DNA of 64,000 nt. Origin: an uncultured Nitrososphaerota archaeon (lineage in GTDB: Archaea > Thermoproteota > Nitrososphaeria > Nitrososphaerales > CADDZS01). This document shows, piece after piece, positions 28,713-39,278 of the stretch. Where the stretch lies: assembly GCA_963799845.1 (NCBI GenBank), contig CAWCYI010000004.1, forward strand, positions 320,001-384,000, in the 5' to 3' direction. The notes below the pieces were generated by a model. The model was not told where the DNA came from. It did not search any database and saw only the letters and a list, made by a program, of their open reading frames with translations. The position numbers and the translations under genes are program-made. Positions within the stretch are counted from its first letter, which is position 1. Each line of letters starts with the position of its first letter.

Positions 28713-29208
28713 TTTCCGGATTCGTTCTCCCCGAATCATAATCTTTCCAGACTTTTAGAAACATCCAATCTTTCTTCAGATCCGAGATTCTTTTGCCCTC
28801 GAATTTTACCAGTTTCCAGGGAGTAATGCCCCTGTACCATGGATCGTGGTAGTCGGAGTAAAATCCCTCAAGTGCGATCGATCTCAGATCAAAAACTCCT
28901 TCTCTGGTCTTGGGATCCAAAAAAAGACTCTTCAGAACGAGATTCTTGTCGGAATCACTTATTTCACAAAAATCGCTACCAAACTTTTTCCTTGATTTTG
29001 CATTCACTTGGGATATGATTCCGCGAAAATATCTTTGAACTTCTTTTGGGAAATCAAATAGGGTCGAATCGACATAGTTAACCGAGCCTACTTCCAAAGC
29101 GCCCGGGTCGGTCATTGGTTCTTTGCCGGTCGGAATCACTAGAGCGCAGAAAGCCTGGAAAAACTTCGCTTCATCCTCCGACAAGAAATATCTGCTGTTG
29201 TTCGACAA
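28696..29208 (-). CDS. Gluconate 2-dehydrogenase subunit-3-like partner protein
   Basis: LVIP....DPGALEVG..NYVD, ALEGFYSD; overlaps the GMC start. Confidence 0.8.
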   Translation of the reverse strand: MSNNSRYFLSEDEAKFFQAFCALVIPTGKEPMTDPGALEVGSVNYVDSTLFDFPKEVQRYFRGIISQVNAKSRKKFGSDFCEISDSDKNLVLKSLFLDPKTREGVFDLRSIALEGFYSDYHDPWYRGITPWKLVKFEGKRISDLKKDWMFLKVWKDYDSGRTNPENASRV

Positions 29209-29254
29209 TGAATATCAGGCACTCTCCATCGGAGTAGATCAAGAAGATAATTAG

Positions 29255-30217
29255 TCAGCCCGAAACCAGCAGATGAGACTTGAGCTTCTCTCCTTCTATC
29301 TGGAATAGCAGCCCCTTCAGGATTCCGGAACCGTACTCGCTACCGGGATTGAAACACATCGTCTTTCCGATTTTTACGGCCCCCTTTGATTCATGTATGT
29401 GCCCGTGAATTCCAACAAGCGGCTGGTACTTTTCTATAATTTTTCGGGTCGCAGTACTACCTGCAGAAGTCATCTGCAATTGGCCACCCGAGGTTACAGG
29501 CTTCAGAGTTGCGTCCAGCTTTGGAGCCTGATCCAGGATTGTGTTGATTGGAGGGACGTGCAGGTTGAAGATAGTAGTTTTCATATTATTGACCTGAGAC
29601 GCCATCGCTTCAATTTTCTTTTCTAGAACATCTTCATCCGCTTCCCGGGGACTATTCCAGGGGGTGTGGTTTGCGTACCCTAGAGTGATCATCTCGTGCT
29701 CCCCGTCAACCAGGACAACTTTCTCCTCCGGATTTACCACGTAGGTCGCAGAATTTAGAGCGGTGTCGATTTCAAATTCATCATCGTTTCCCGGAGAGAT
29801 GTAACACTTTATGCCAGTGCCCTTGAGTCTTTCTCCGGCAAGATCCATCCAACGCTTGACATTTTCAACCATGATTTTTGAAAAGAGTCTTTTCACTGCC
29901 TCAGGGCTTGCCTGAAGCTCCTCGTACTCCTTTCTTTCGGTCATGTATGGGTATGTGCCTGAATCTCGAAATGCTTTCACTGCGTCATCCAGCTCCTTCT
30001 CGGTCTTCATTCTCATCTCCTGACCAAAGCCAGGAGAAGTCCATGTGCCGTCGTTCAGTTTGATTATCGGAATAATCATTTTCCCCGTTATGTCTCCGCC
30101 AAGGATGAGGACTTGGGCCTGGTAGAATTTTCCCGCGTTCAAGAACTTTCGAAAGCACCTGTCCGAGCCGTGTACGTCGGTGACAAAGTAAATCGTGGTT
30201 TTCGCCACAGTGACCAA
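29255..30217 (-). CDS. Icc-related metallophosphoesterase
   Basis: DVHGS, GGD, PGNDD, H.PP, HGHIHE, NPGS. Confidence 0.9.
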   Translation of the reverse strand: MVTVAKTTIYFVTDVHGSDRCFRKFLNAGKFYQAQVLILGGDITGKMIIPIIKLNDGTWTSPGFGQEMRMKTEKELDDAVKAFRDSGTYPYMTERKEYEELQASPEAVKRLFSKIMVENVKRWMDLAGERLKGTGIKCYISPGNDDEFEIDTALNSATYVVNPEEKVVLVDGEHEMITLGYANHTPWNSPREADEDVLEKKIEAMASQVNNMKTTIFNLHVPPINTILDQAPKLDATLKPVTSGGQLQMTSAGSTATRKIIEKYQPLVGIHGHIHESKGAVKIGKTMCFNPGSEYGSGILKGLLFQIEGEKLKSHLLVSG

Positions 30218-30487
30218 AACACGAACCGATTTTGGCGGGATTAAAACTTTGAGCGAGAGTGTTTATCGAAACCAATTGCCGGTTGGAATCGAAAAGCAAA
30301 AGTGCCGAAAGAGGATGAATCCGCCATCGCAAGCAGCGAACAAACGTTTCAAATGGAACTCCTTTGGAGTTTGCAGTATATTCGCGAGCGGTGCGGGGGG
30401 TCAATTCATCATTGTCGCCGAGACAGTGGCAGCCGATTTGGACGGCGATGCTCAGGGGATGACAATGAATTTCTCCAGAGACTGGGG

Positions 30488-31381
30488 TTAGAGCAGTCTC
30501 GAAACCGGATTATCCTTTGGGAGATAGCCTTTTTCAAGAAGGCTTCTCGTGACGGTCTTCCAATTCTGGTTTCTCGAAAATATTTCCTTTATCATCTCCA
30601 ATCCCTTTTCTCGGTTCGGCTCCGATTCCAGAAGAGTTATTCCGACCCAGAATCTGATCTCCTCGTTTCCGGACGCCAGTTCTTCCGCTTTCTTGAATGC
30701 CGTCATCGATTCTTCGACTTTGCCAAGAGAGAGAAAATCATCCCCCTTGTCCACCCAATCGTAGGCCCTCTTTATTCGGACGAGTCTTTTTAGCTCGGGG
30801 ATCGGCTCTTCGTTGTCCTCGACCCTAAGTTCCATAGCCCTTCCCATCCAGGGGTTTGGAAAAATCTTCGAAGTCACCACAAGTAATGCAGCAGATTGTT
30901 TTCCCCTGGCATCACCCCCGGCAGACTCTGCAGCTTCTAGAGTTGCTACCAGCCTTTCAGGCAACTCCAGATCGGATCGTTTTTTGTATGCCTTTTCCAT
31001 TTCGCCCCAAATCGAACCGTTTGACATCAGGTTCGCCTGGCAGCTAAATCCATCGCCGGTCACGTGTCCCGCGTAATCTATGCATCTAGAGCCAGTGTGG
31101 GCGCTAACCAATCCATTTGAATCAACCATTCCCACCTGTCTCGTATCGGCTCTACCATCTGATTTGAGAAGCGAGGCTAAGGCTTCCGGAGCGGATTTTC
31201 CTGCCGCCAATAGGTCGAGCCCAAGAGGACCGTAACTAATTTCGGCCATCGATTGCGTTGCGATCGCGCCAACTCCAGATCTTGCCCACGTCACAACCGT
31301 GCCAACGGAAAAGTAATGTGATTGAACGGCGACGCCCAACTCTCCCGTTTTCGGATCTCTTGCAACGACTGAATAGGTCAA
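30488..31381 (-). CDS. DUF1028 Ntn-hydrolase-like protein with a C-terminal TPR-like region
   Basis: MTYSVVARDP.TGELGVAVQS, ATQS, HTG..C, GGDARGKQSAA, LRVED...PI.EL.RL. Confidence 0.9.
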   Translation of the reverse strand: MTYSVVARDPKTGELGVAVQSHYFSVGTVVTWARSGVGAIATQSMAEISYGPLGLDLLAAGKSAPEALASLLKSDGRADTRQVGMVDSNGLVSAHTGSRCIDYAGHVTGDGFSCQANLMSNGSIWGEMEKAYKKRSDLELPERLVATLEAAESAGGDARGKQSAALLVVTSKIFPNPWMGRAMELRVEDNEEPIPELKRLVRIKRAYDWVDKGDDFLSLGKVEESMTAFKKAEELASGNEEIRFWVGITLLESEPNREKGLEMIKEIFSRNQNWKTVTRSLLEKGYLPKDNPVSRLL

Positions 31382-31432
31382 TGATTGTCTTCCTATCAGA
31401 AATTCTAATATCGACTATAAGTTTTGAATCAA

Positions 31433-31894
31433 TTACTCCTTGGGCAGATACTCTAGAAGTCTCTTTGCCACTATCTTTGCGTCGTCCTCTGAATCGAAGG
31501 TCCAGATTGCGACTTTGCGATTAGGTGCCGATCTGTATCCAAGTTCATTCGGTCCGTCAACGTCTAGAACTAAAATCCCAGATTTTATCTCGCCAATCTT
31601 ATTCCCGCGAAAGGTGGCCTCAACAGGATCGGTCCTCAAGTGCAGTGATATTCTAACTGGCTTTTGCGACTTTCGTATGAAGATCAAATCATATCCGGCT
31701 GCCAGGACAATAAAAAATGCAAGAGCGACGTAGCCACCTGGCGGTGCGAGTATCGCGAAAATGATTCCTAAAATCACGACCGCCGACGCGATAAGATGAA
31801 TTTGCAGCAGCGACACGTTGCCGACTCCTTGAAACTCGACAACCTCAGGGTACTCAGAAAGGTCTAGGTCTGCCACACGCACATCAGCGGCCAA
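31433..31894 (-). CDS. Hypothetical 2-TM membrane protein
   Basis: Hydrophobic hairpin followed by a beta-rich domain. Confidence 0.65.
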   Translation of the reverse strand: MAADVRVADLDLSEYPEVVEFQGVGNVSLLQIHLIASAVVILGIIFAILAPPGGYVALAFFIVLAAGYDLIFIRKSQKPVRISLHLRTDPVEATFRGNKIGEIKSGILVLDVDGPNELGYRSAPNRKVAIWTFDSEDDAKIVAKRLLEYLPKE

Positions 31895-31912
31895 AGCCGG
31901 TTGTTGAAGCTC

Positions 31913-32209
31913 TTACTTATCGTTTGAGAGGAATGACTCCATAGTCTCATTCGCTATCATGTATAAGGGCAAAACGTTTTCGTATGATTTTGCCATTCTC
32001 GTACAGATCGCCCTTATTATCTCATGGTTTTCATCGCTATCAGGGAGCATGAGTCTGAGCGCAATCAGATAGCCGCGCGCTTTCTCCCTGTCCACTTCAT
32101 CGATTTCCTCCTTCATGATTCTGATCTGAGTCGCGTAATTGATGGGTTCCTTCCCGCCCTTTCGAAGGCCTTCAACGTATGCGTCGATTTTTTCAAGGAG
32201 CAAACCCAA
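31913..32209 (-). CDS. Hypothetical helical protein
   Basis: 98-aa ORF co-oriented with its neighbours. Confidence 0.6.
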   Translation of the reverse strand: MGLLLEKIDAYVEGLRKGGKEPINYATQIRIMKEEIDEVDREKARGYLIALRLMLPDSDENHEIIRAICTRMAKSYENVLPLYMIANETMESFLSNDK

Positions 32210-32323
32210 ATTGATATTCGCACCTCCCCTCTGAAGGGCCTTCTAGATAAGCGTGGCTCGAAAGGTACACTAAAATAAGCGAAAGTGGTACATGTTAGTT
32301 CGCTTCAGAAGGGAATGAGGTAA

Positions 32324-32677
32324 TTGGCGTGGGATGACCCTGTTGTCTGGGTTTTGTTGGTCGGTGCAGTCATACTGCTTTTTGGAAGCAATAAGATTCC
32401 CGAGCTCGCGAGATCGCTCGGGGCTGCAAGAAGGGAATTTGATTCTGCCAAGAAAGGACTGGTCGGTGCTATAAATTCTGAGATAAATAATGTTCAGGGA
32501 GAGAGCAAGTATTCCGCCAACGCGCCGCAGCCTATGATCCCAAGAACTCCGGCTCCCATTGATTCTACTCCCGATGATGATCCCCTACTCATAGCGGCAA
32601 GAAATGAAGGGATAGACACGAGAGGAAAATCCAGATCTGAAATAGCTTCAGAACTGGCTTCAAAAGTAAAAGATTAG
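32324..32677 (+). CDS. tatA: Twin-arginine translocase TatA/E subunit
   Basis: N-terminal TM followed by LLFGSNKIPELARSLG.ARREF. Confidence 0.9.
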   Translation: MAWDDPVVWVLLVGAVILLFGSNKIPELARSLGAARREFDSAKKGLVGAINSEINNVQGESKYSANAPQPMIPRTPAPIDSTPDDDPLLIAARNEGIDTRGKSRSEIASELASKVKD

Positions 32678-32680
32678 GCT

Positions 32681-33466
32681 CTATCCGACCGACGAAGCTG
32701 GTCCGTATTCGAGAACTATGGTGTGTCCAGTCCCGTAGGGATAAGTTGAAGCACCTCCGTTCCATTCAGGGGTTCCCGATGCTGTGGGATAACAAGGTGA
32801 ATTAGTCTGGGTGTCTGATGCATTGCAATAAGCTAGCGTATTTAGGACTAGTTGACGATAATCCGACAATGTCGAGAGCTTGCCATCTACCAACAATGCT
32901 ATTTCGTATGTGCTGTTGGTTGTATATCCAAGAATGTCTGAAGGAGTGAAAACTATCGGATGTTTAGTACCGTTGATAAGAGCATACGAGTAAGACTGAT
33001 TCCATACGTTGAAGAAATCACCCAAGGTATAGTTCGTGTCAGTGGGAGACTCGATGTGAATGATACCGGAAGCATCATGCGTGTGAACTGGCTCAAAACA
33101 CGAGGTGCTTCCCCCTCCATACACTTCTCCCCACGTCGATACTCCTTCTGGGACGGCATTTTCTATCCCGACTGCTCCTGGTATAGTGATATTTTGTCCG
33201 TTAACAACGATTCTTAACCATACGTGGATGTGCAAAAATAGTGACTCGCTAGGAAGACATGAGAATGGAAAATGCAACGTTCCTGGGGTTAGAATCGAAG
33301 TAGTAGTAACATCGTTTCTGGTCTCTACATAAGCAGCCGCGATGATAATTATAATGACGATTATGGCAGGAAGAATATACGCCCAAGGCAAACCCTTCTC
33401 CTGCTTCCGACGGCGCCTCGCGCTGATGTCTTTGGTGCTCTTGGAGCGCGACATGTCTGAATACAT
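32681..33466 (-). CDS. Membrane-anchored His-motif protein of unknown function
   Basis: Basic N-terminus plus TM; HIH, IPGAVGI, PVHTHDASGIIHIESP, YTLGDFF..W. Confidence 0.8.
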   Translation of the reverse strand: MYSDMSRSKSTKDISARRRRKQEKGLPWAYILPAIIVIIIIIAAAYVETRNDVTTTSILTPGTLHFPFSCLPSESLFLHIHVWLRIVVNGQNITIPGAVGIENAVPEGVSTWGEVYGGGSTSCFEPVHTHDASGIIHIESPTDTNYTLGDFFNVWNQSYSYALINGTKHPIVFTPSDILGYTTNSTYEIALLVDGKLSTLSDYRQLVLNTLAYCNASDTQTNSPCYPTASGTPEWNGGASTYPYGTGHTIVLEYGPASSVG

Positions 33467-33761
33467 TGTCTGATTTTAGGTTATTTAATTGATCTGGGAA
33501 CCGAATTCTCATTCAAATTTGCTTATGCAATCATGCTTTATCATATCGATTTGAAATCCAACATTCAATCTTTCTCTTGTCGATTGTAATCAAAACCATA
33601 TTGGGAAAATTGCGCTTTGGCAAATTTGAATTTGAATAATCCGAAATAGCCTGTCCTAAAATCGTGAAAACATTTAGGCCAGCATCTTTTGGTTCGAAAA
33701 TCTTCAGGCCAATATTTTTTTGGCTAAAGGTTTATTGCCTAATACACTGAACGCAGACGGG

Positions 33762-34097
33762 ATGCAGAAGCCAGTACTTTCAGAGATACAATCAAAGATA
33801 CTGCTTGCGCTTTTGTTACGAAGAAAGGTGTCATCCTTGGACATCCTTCAGGCAGTTGGGATCAGTGGATCTACTTGGAATAAAGAAAAGATGCTCCTCC
33901 AAAACACTGGGCTTGTCGAATCTCAAATCACCCGAGAATTAACCGAAAACGGTGTTGTTCGGAAAATGGAATTCAAATTAACTCTGAAGGGTAGACAAGT
34001 AGCTCAGAATTTGCTTGCGATAACGTCACTGATCGGAGACGAGTCTTTCGCCTCTGAAAAAATAGAGAGCGTTCTTGAATTAATCGTAAAAGCTTGA
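33762..34097 (+). CDS. Winged-helix transcriptional regulator
   Basis: HTH followed by L...GLVE and LTLKG..VA wing. Confidence 0.7.
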   Translation: MQKPVLSEIQSKILLALLLRRKVSSLDILQAVGISGSTWNKEKMLLQNTGLVESQITRELTENGVVRKMEFKLTLKGRQVAQNLLAITSLIGDESFASEKIESVLELIVKA

Positions 34098-34220
34098 ACG
34101 CCCAAGCGCTAGCAGCACCTGAAACAACTCGCTATTTTAGGGCAATTACCACGTAGGTAATTAGGCAGAGCAGGGATAGGTTATTCACTTCAGCTTTGAA
34201 AATAACTGCAATTGGTCGAT

Positions 34221-34502
34221 TCAATAGGTTATCCTGGCTAAGACTAACAACCCTACGAATTCCAGCGCAGAAATTCCAGATAAAAATGGAAGAGCCGCAG
34301 GCTCAAAGAAAGGGGCCATCGCAACGTATGAATACACTGTGGCAAGATTCTGGGCGAGCAAAAACAAGGCAAATATCATCAACCCAACTGAGTACATCGC
34401 CTTTGCCTTCACTGCAATTCGTCCATAGAGAACTAGAAGGAAAATCAGGATAATGGAGTTTAAACCAGCAAATACCACGGCAATCTCCATCATCACTTCC
34501 AA
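34221..34502 (-). CDS. Small 3-TM archaeal membrane protein, divergent from the ArsR-like gene
   Basis: N..L...L..Y, GL.IFA...L.QN pattern; three TMs. Confidence 0.75.
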   Translation of the reverse strand: MEVMMEIAVVFAGLNSIILIFLLVLYGRIAVKAKAMYSVGLMIFALFLLAQNLATVYSYVAMAPFFEPAALPFLSGISALEFVGLLVLARITY

Positions 34503-34631
34503 TTATGTCACACCTTGAATGGTCCAGCTTATTCCTTTACTCGTTTAACCCTTTTTCAAAATCTCTTAAATGTGTATTAAGACAGTTGATTCATCTGTCT
34601 AGTAGCGACTTCCGGGGAAATCTGAAGAGAA

Positions 34632-34967
34632 ATGCCTGATGATCCCGAGCTCAGGAGGCTTTTGTGGTATCTTCTTGGAGGGACTCGAGGAGGGGAAAAT
34701 CGCGCCCGGATTATTCACGAGATCAGGAACAGGCCTAGCAATCTCAATCAGCTGGCGACGAAATTATCGCTTGAATACCGCTCGATTCAGCACCATGTCG
34801 AGGTCTTGAAGAAAAATTCGCTGGTTTCCTCTCAAGGAGAACGTTATGGGCTAACCTATTTTCTCACTCCGTGGCTCGAATCAAACATAGGCATCTTCGA
34901 TGAGATCACGAAAAAACTCAATATTTCTCTAAGATCGTCCCCTGAACAATCTGGAACAGATTTGTAA
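34632..34967 (+). CDS. ArsR-like winged-helix regulator (archaeal GTRGG family)
   Basis: RRLLWYLLGGTRGGENRARII...PSNLNQLA..L...Y..IQHH..VL. Confidence 0.88.
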   Translation: MPDDPELRRLLWYLLGGTRGGENRARIIHEIRNRPSNLNQLATKLSLEYRSIQHHVEVLKKNSLVSSQGERYGLTYFLTPWLESNIGIFDEITKKLNISLRSSPEQSGTDL

Positions 34968-35084
34968 CAAACTAAATAATTATGTCAAGGATTTACTTAG
35001 AAGATAACTCAGAATCTTTCGTTTGTTAGGGTAAATCGGATTGGGATTGCCTTTAAGCGAAGACCTAGGAATTTTAGATAAATC

Positions 35085-36776
35085 TTGACAGTCAAGAAAC
35101 AGAAAACCAGCATTTTGACCCCTCTGGAGAGAGGTGCTTTTGCCGGTATCATCTCGCTTGGTTTCCTTTTCATTCTCAGGATCGGCAACCTGGCCCCGTT
35201 CCCGCCGGAATCTGCCCTGGAAGCGTTTCTGAAAATCATTCCAGAATCAGTGCAAGAGCCGTCCGTTCAGGCGCTCGGAGATTTTGCCGGACAGCTCGGT
35301 TTGATAGTGGCGACCATTCTCGCCGTTGTGGTTTACGGCATCTTCGGTTTGATTTTTGAGAGGGTCTATGCTCCGAGAATGTTGACAAAGAGTATTTCTC
35401 GATTTGAGAAATTTCTCATTTTCTCTCTCATTCCATGGTTGGTCTTCGGATTCATAGTTTTCCCTCTCGCAGGTGTTTCAGTTTTCGGGATATCTTCTGG
35501 ATTCGGTTCAGCTTCCACGGATGACTGGTTATTTCCGCTGGCTTCGCTAATCGCGAATTTGATCTATGGAGTAGTGTTAGCTTGGGAGTATAATGGCACG
35601 AAAATCTTTGTGCCTGGAAAGGTTGGAACAGGGACTTCAATATCTCAGTCCAGTCCAGTAAAAATCAGAGAATCTCAAAATCTTTCGAGAAGATCGTTCA
35701 TCGAAAAGGGAGCGATCGCTCTTGGATCTCTGGCTCTTTTAGCTACCGGTCTAGACTCGCTTTTGACTACGAGCACGCCTGTCACACAGCCGAGCACTAA
35801 TTCGTCGGCCACTGGGGCAGGTTCTCCGATTAACATAGGACAGGCACCCGCAATATTTGATGATCCCCGGCTCGCAGACCTCGTAGATTCAGAAGTCACT
35901 TCCAACGACAATTTCTACAGAGTCGCCATCGATATCTTTGATCCGTCCGTTGATATCTCATCTTGGTCACTTCAAGTAGCGGGTGTAAACGGCTCCGGGA
36001 AGACTTACACGATCGCGAATCTTCAATCGCTGCCAAAGACCGTCGAGTACAACACGTTCGAGTGTGTCAGCAACACGATTGACGGCAATCTAGTCTCAAA
36101 TGCAAAATGGGGAGGAGTGAAGCTATCGGATCTTTTCGCAGATGCCGGCGGAGTGCCCCAAGGTGCGCAAAATGTCGTATTTTACTCGGTCGATGGATAC
36201 AGCGTTGCAATTCCGATCTCCAGAGCTATGTTAAGCAACTCCATGGTTGCCTACGAGATGAACGATGTGACCCTGCCGCAAAAACATGGTTATCCTCTAA
36301 GGGCAGTAATTCCAGGTCTGTATGGAATGATGAGCGCCAAATGGGTCAGGAAAATCCAGATCATCGACTCGAGTTACATGGGTTACTGGCAGACCAGAGG
36401 TTGGTCGAGCGTTGGAACTGTCCAAACTGTCGCTTTCATCACTATCCCCGGTGACGGAGCTTCGCAGAGTCTCTCCCAAAACAATGGAACGATCTTAATT
36501 GGTGGTATGGCGTACGCAGGGGATAGAGGTATCTCCAAAGTCGAAGTAAGTACCGACGGCGGGCAAACATGGCAGGCAGCGACGTTGAAACCGGCACTTG
36601 CCGACAACACCTGGGCTCTCTGGGCCTTCTCTTGGACACCTACAAAGACAGGGACCTTCTCCTTGTATGCAAGAGCAACCGACGGCACAGGGGCTGTTCA
36701 ACCGTCTACGGAGACCGATACTTTCCCCAATGGGGCAACCGGATACGCCATGAGTGTCGTTACAATCAATTCCTGA
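35085..36776 (+). CDS. Membrane-bound sulfite-oxidase-family molybdopterin oxidoreductase
   Basis: Four N-terminal TMs, internal SRRSFI plus TM, T.ND.FY, ECVSN (Mo-Cys), HGYPLRAVIPGLYGMMSAKW, KVEVSTDGG.TW, ARATD. Confidence 0.92.
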   Translation: MTVKKQKTSILTPLERGAFAGIISLGFLFILRIGNLAPFPPESALEAFLKIIPESVQEPSVQALGDFAGQLGLIVATILAVVVYGIFGLIFERVYAPRMLTKSISRFEKFLIFSLIPWLVFGFIVFPLAGVSVFGISSGFGSASTDDWLFPLASLIANLIYGVVLAWEYNGTKIFVPGKVGTGTSISQSSPVKIRESQNLSRRSFIEKGAIALGSLALLATGLDSLLTTSTPVTQPSTNSSATGAGSPINIGQAPAIFDDPRLADLVDSEVTSNDNFYRVAIDIFDPSVDISSWSLQVAGVNGSGKTYTIANLQSLPKTVEYNTFECVSNTIDGNLVSNAKWGGVKLSDLFADAGGVPQGAQNVVFYSVDGYSVAIPISRAMLSNSMVAYEMNDVTLPQKHGYPLRAVIPGLYGMMSAKWVRKIQIIDSSYMGYWQTRGWSSVGTVQTVAFITIPGDGASQSLSQNNGTILIGGMAYAGDRGISKVEVSTDGGQTWQAATLKPALADNTWALWAFSWTPTKTGTFSLYARATDGTGAVQPSTETDTFPNGATGYAMSVVTINS

Positions 36777-36959
36777 TTTCAAACAGGCCTCGCGACAAGG
36801 AATCTAGGATATTTGAATTCCGGATGTATCGAATACCGTTACATCGCTTAGGCAAATGACATAACAAAACGGTCGTTCGGATCTAAAGAACAATCGTTCA
36901 ATACCCTACGATTAAAGAGGACGACTGCATATTTGGATCCGAAAAGGGATAACCTCACT

Positions 36960-38126
36960 ATGCAATTAGTAACAAGCAGATCACTCACTATAAAGGCAGT
37001 AGCTCTCTCATCGATTGTCATTTTCGCGGGATTAGGAATATTCGGGACAAAGATAGCCTTTGGTTCGTCTTCCATCCCGGCCTATAACAACATCCAGATT
37101 TTTGTAAACCCTCAGAATTCGAGTTTGAACCAATTTTCAGTCGAAGCATACAACTCAACAGGCGGCCTGGTGGCGAGCTCACAAAGTCCCTACCCGGCGT
37201 TCTCGTTTGAGTTGCCGATAGGAAATTATTTGTTCGCAGTCTCAGCGAGCTCTTCCTATGCTTACCCGGTCGTCGGACCGCTAAATAACGGCGCAACTGC
37301 ATCTGAAAAATCAGCCATAGCTTATCCTGTTTACTACAATCCCGCAGAATACGGTTATCTCGTTACCGAACTGAACTCTTCGAGAACAGTCAACATTTCA
37401 ACTCATCAAATTGAGAATATGTCCACGACGAATGTTATGATAGTGGCAAAGTTCGCTAACGGAACGGCCGCGGCCGGTACCAATGTTTACGCCTCTATCG
37501 TCGGTGGATATTACGGGTATGACGAACCGAACAATCTTGTGATGAGCAATCAGACGGGAAACGACGGAATAGCGACCTTAGTCGTCCCGTCTGTTCCGCT
37601 TGAGATCACGGCCTGGAATTGGGTTCCAGTCAATCTTCCTCAGAGTGAAACTACTACACAGGTTACGATCGGCGGCGAGCCGATTAACGTTACGGTCTAC
37701 TGGCAGCCGACCTACGTTGGTTTGGCTGGTTCTGCCCTATTGATTCCTCCTTCTCAACAAGTAGTCATCACCCTGAAAGCCCAGCAGCAAAACTTCTGGG
37801 CATTTCCTCAGGGAGTCTCTTCATCTCAAACGGTAGCTTCTGTCCCCGGAACTCCAAGCACTGCTCCCAGGACCGTTGCTAACGGACCGGGTGCAGTACC
37901 CGCCAGCGTTGAACAAGACTCTCAGCAGCTAGAAGCCTCATCTCAAGCTTCCACCCAAACAACTCCGACTCAGATTCCATCATTGCCAGCCAGCACCGTG
38001 ACTGTGACGACTACAGCTTCGGTGACCGCTCAATCTTCGGCTAATAATCTAGCAGTTGAAAGCGGGATTGTCGCGGCGATCATAATCTCAATAGCTGCCG
38101 CAGTGTTGGCTTTGAGAAGAAAATAG
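36960..38126 (+). CDS. Secreted protein with a Ser/Thr/Gln stalk and C-terminal membrane anchor
   Basis: Signal peptide, beta-rich body with N-glycosylation sequons, TM plus LRRK. Confidence 0.8.
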   Translation: MQLVTSRSLTIKAVALSSIVIFAGLGIFGTKIAFGSSSIPAYNNIQIFVNPQNSSLNQFSVEAYNSTGGLVASSQSPYPAFSFELPIGNYLFAVSASSSYAYPVVGPLNNGATASEKSAIAYPVYYNPAEYGYLVTELNSSRTVNISTHQIENMSTTNVMIVAKFANGTAAAGTNVYASIVGGYYGYDEPNNLVMSNQTGNDGIATLVVPSVPLEITAWNWVPVNLPQSETTTQVTIGGEPINVTVYWQPTYVGLAGSALLIPPSQQVVITLKAQQQNFWAFPQGVSSSQTVASVPGTPSTAPRTVANGPGAVPASVEQDSQQLEASSQASTQTTPTQIPSLPASTVTVTTTASVTAQSSANNLAVESGIVAAIIISIAAAVLALRRK

Positions 38127-39278
38127 ACTCTGGAGCTAACTTAGCAAGTCCTTTCGATTGTAATCCTGCATTGCCTCTAGCACAGGCTAACGTCGCCTGT
38201 CCGGGTAATTATCCTTGCAACACGGGCGTGTCTACCGACGGACCCGATTTTGTCTTCCAGTTTGGAGGAGACACGGGCTACATCAGCGAGACGGCTGGCT
38301 CCAGATTCACATTGATTCAGACAAATCAAGCGAGCCAGGATGCGTATGCACAGTTTTCATTCCTTTGTCCGGAGCAGTCGACAAGACGGATAGAATGGGA
38401 ATCTCCCAGCAGCCACATGCTGGTGCGTTTGCATTTATCCGAGTGATTACCCTGGTTCGTCTGTGATTCGACAAGACAAGATTTCTCTTGTCTTGCTCAA
38501 GCTTCTGTTTTCCATGTAGTTGAAGTGCCTTCATGTCCTTGCATCAAAACATGGTTCAGGACTCGGGACTGCCCATATGGGTTGTCGTCTGTCTTTGCAG
38601 ACCAAGCATGTAGCGAGAGTCTAACTAATACCGGCAATCCCACGTGAACCGTTACAACAAATCTGCGGTATACCTTAGAGCAGCCCCTCTGTTCGTATCT
38701 GGGCTCAGCAACGATGTAGAAAAGTCGATTCTACCGCGAGTTGCTCTGGAGAGATAACCTGAGATAGGTGCCTAATAGGGAATGGACAGGGGAATAATAT
38801 GCTCATGCAGAACTGATTATCGCCGATGGAAGTTCCGTTACAGCCACAAAACAAAATTCCAGGAATCGCCGATGCAAAGATTGAAGCTGTGTATGTTATC
38901 AGTGTTCGGTCCAACACATTTGTTGTACTATGACTGTTCGCTCTAGTGATAAGTAATCGAGGAAGCTATCCTGGACTGGATAGGGAAAGGGAAGAAATGA
39001 AAGCATATGTTAAGGAAATTGGTTTTGTTAGAAACAATTCATCAATCGTTGCTTTTGACGCAATATCAGCTTCCTTAAATCTCGGTTGTTTAGTCCCGAC
39101 GGGCGAGGGCAGTCTAGAAGACAACTAACAGGTTGGGCCCGGGGCAGCGTTCATTCTTTATTTTTCGAAGTAGATACGTTGATCCAAAAAGACCCCGGGG
39201 AAGACAACTTTCATCCAGAAAGGGAAATAGCCACAAAACATCTATTAAACTCTGTATGATGGGAAATTCCGAAAAAAT

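Noticed and set aside
38127-39278. Short ORFs in the 1.1-kb gap (38171..38446, 38705..38917, 38946..39128)
   Set aside because: No coherent start or recognisable motif. They may be decayed gene fragments but cannot be supported.
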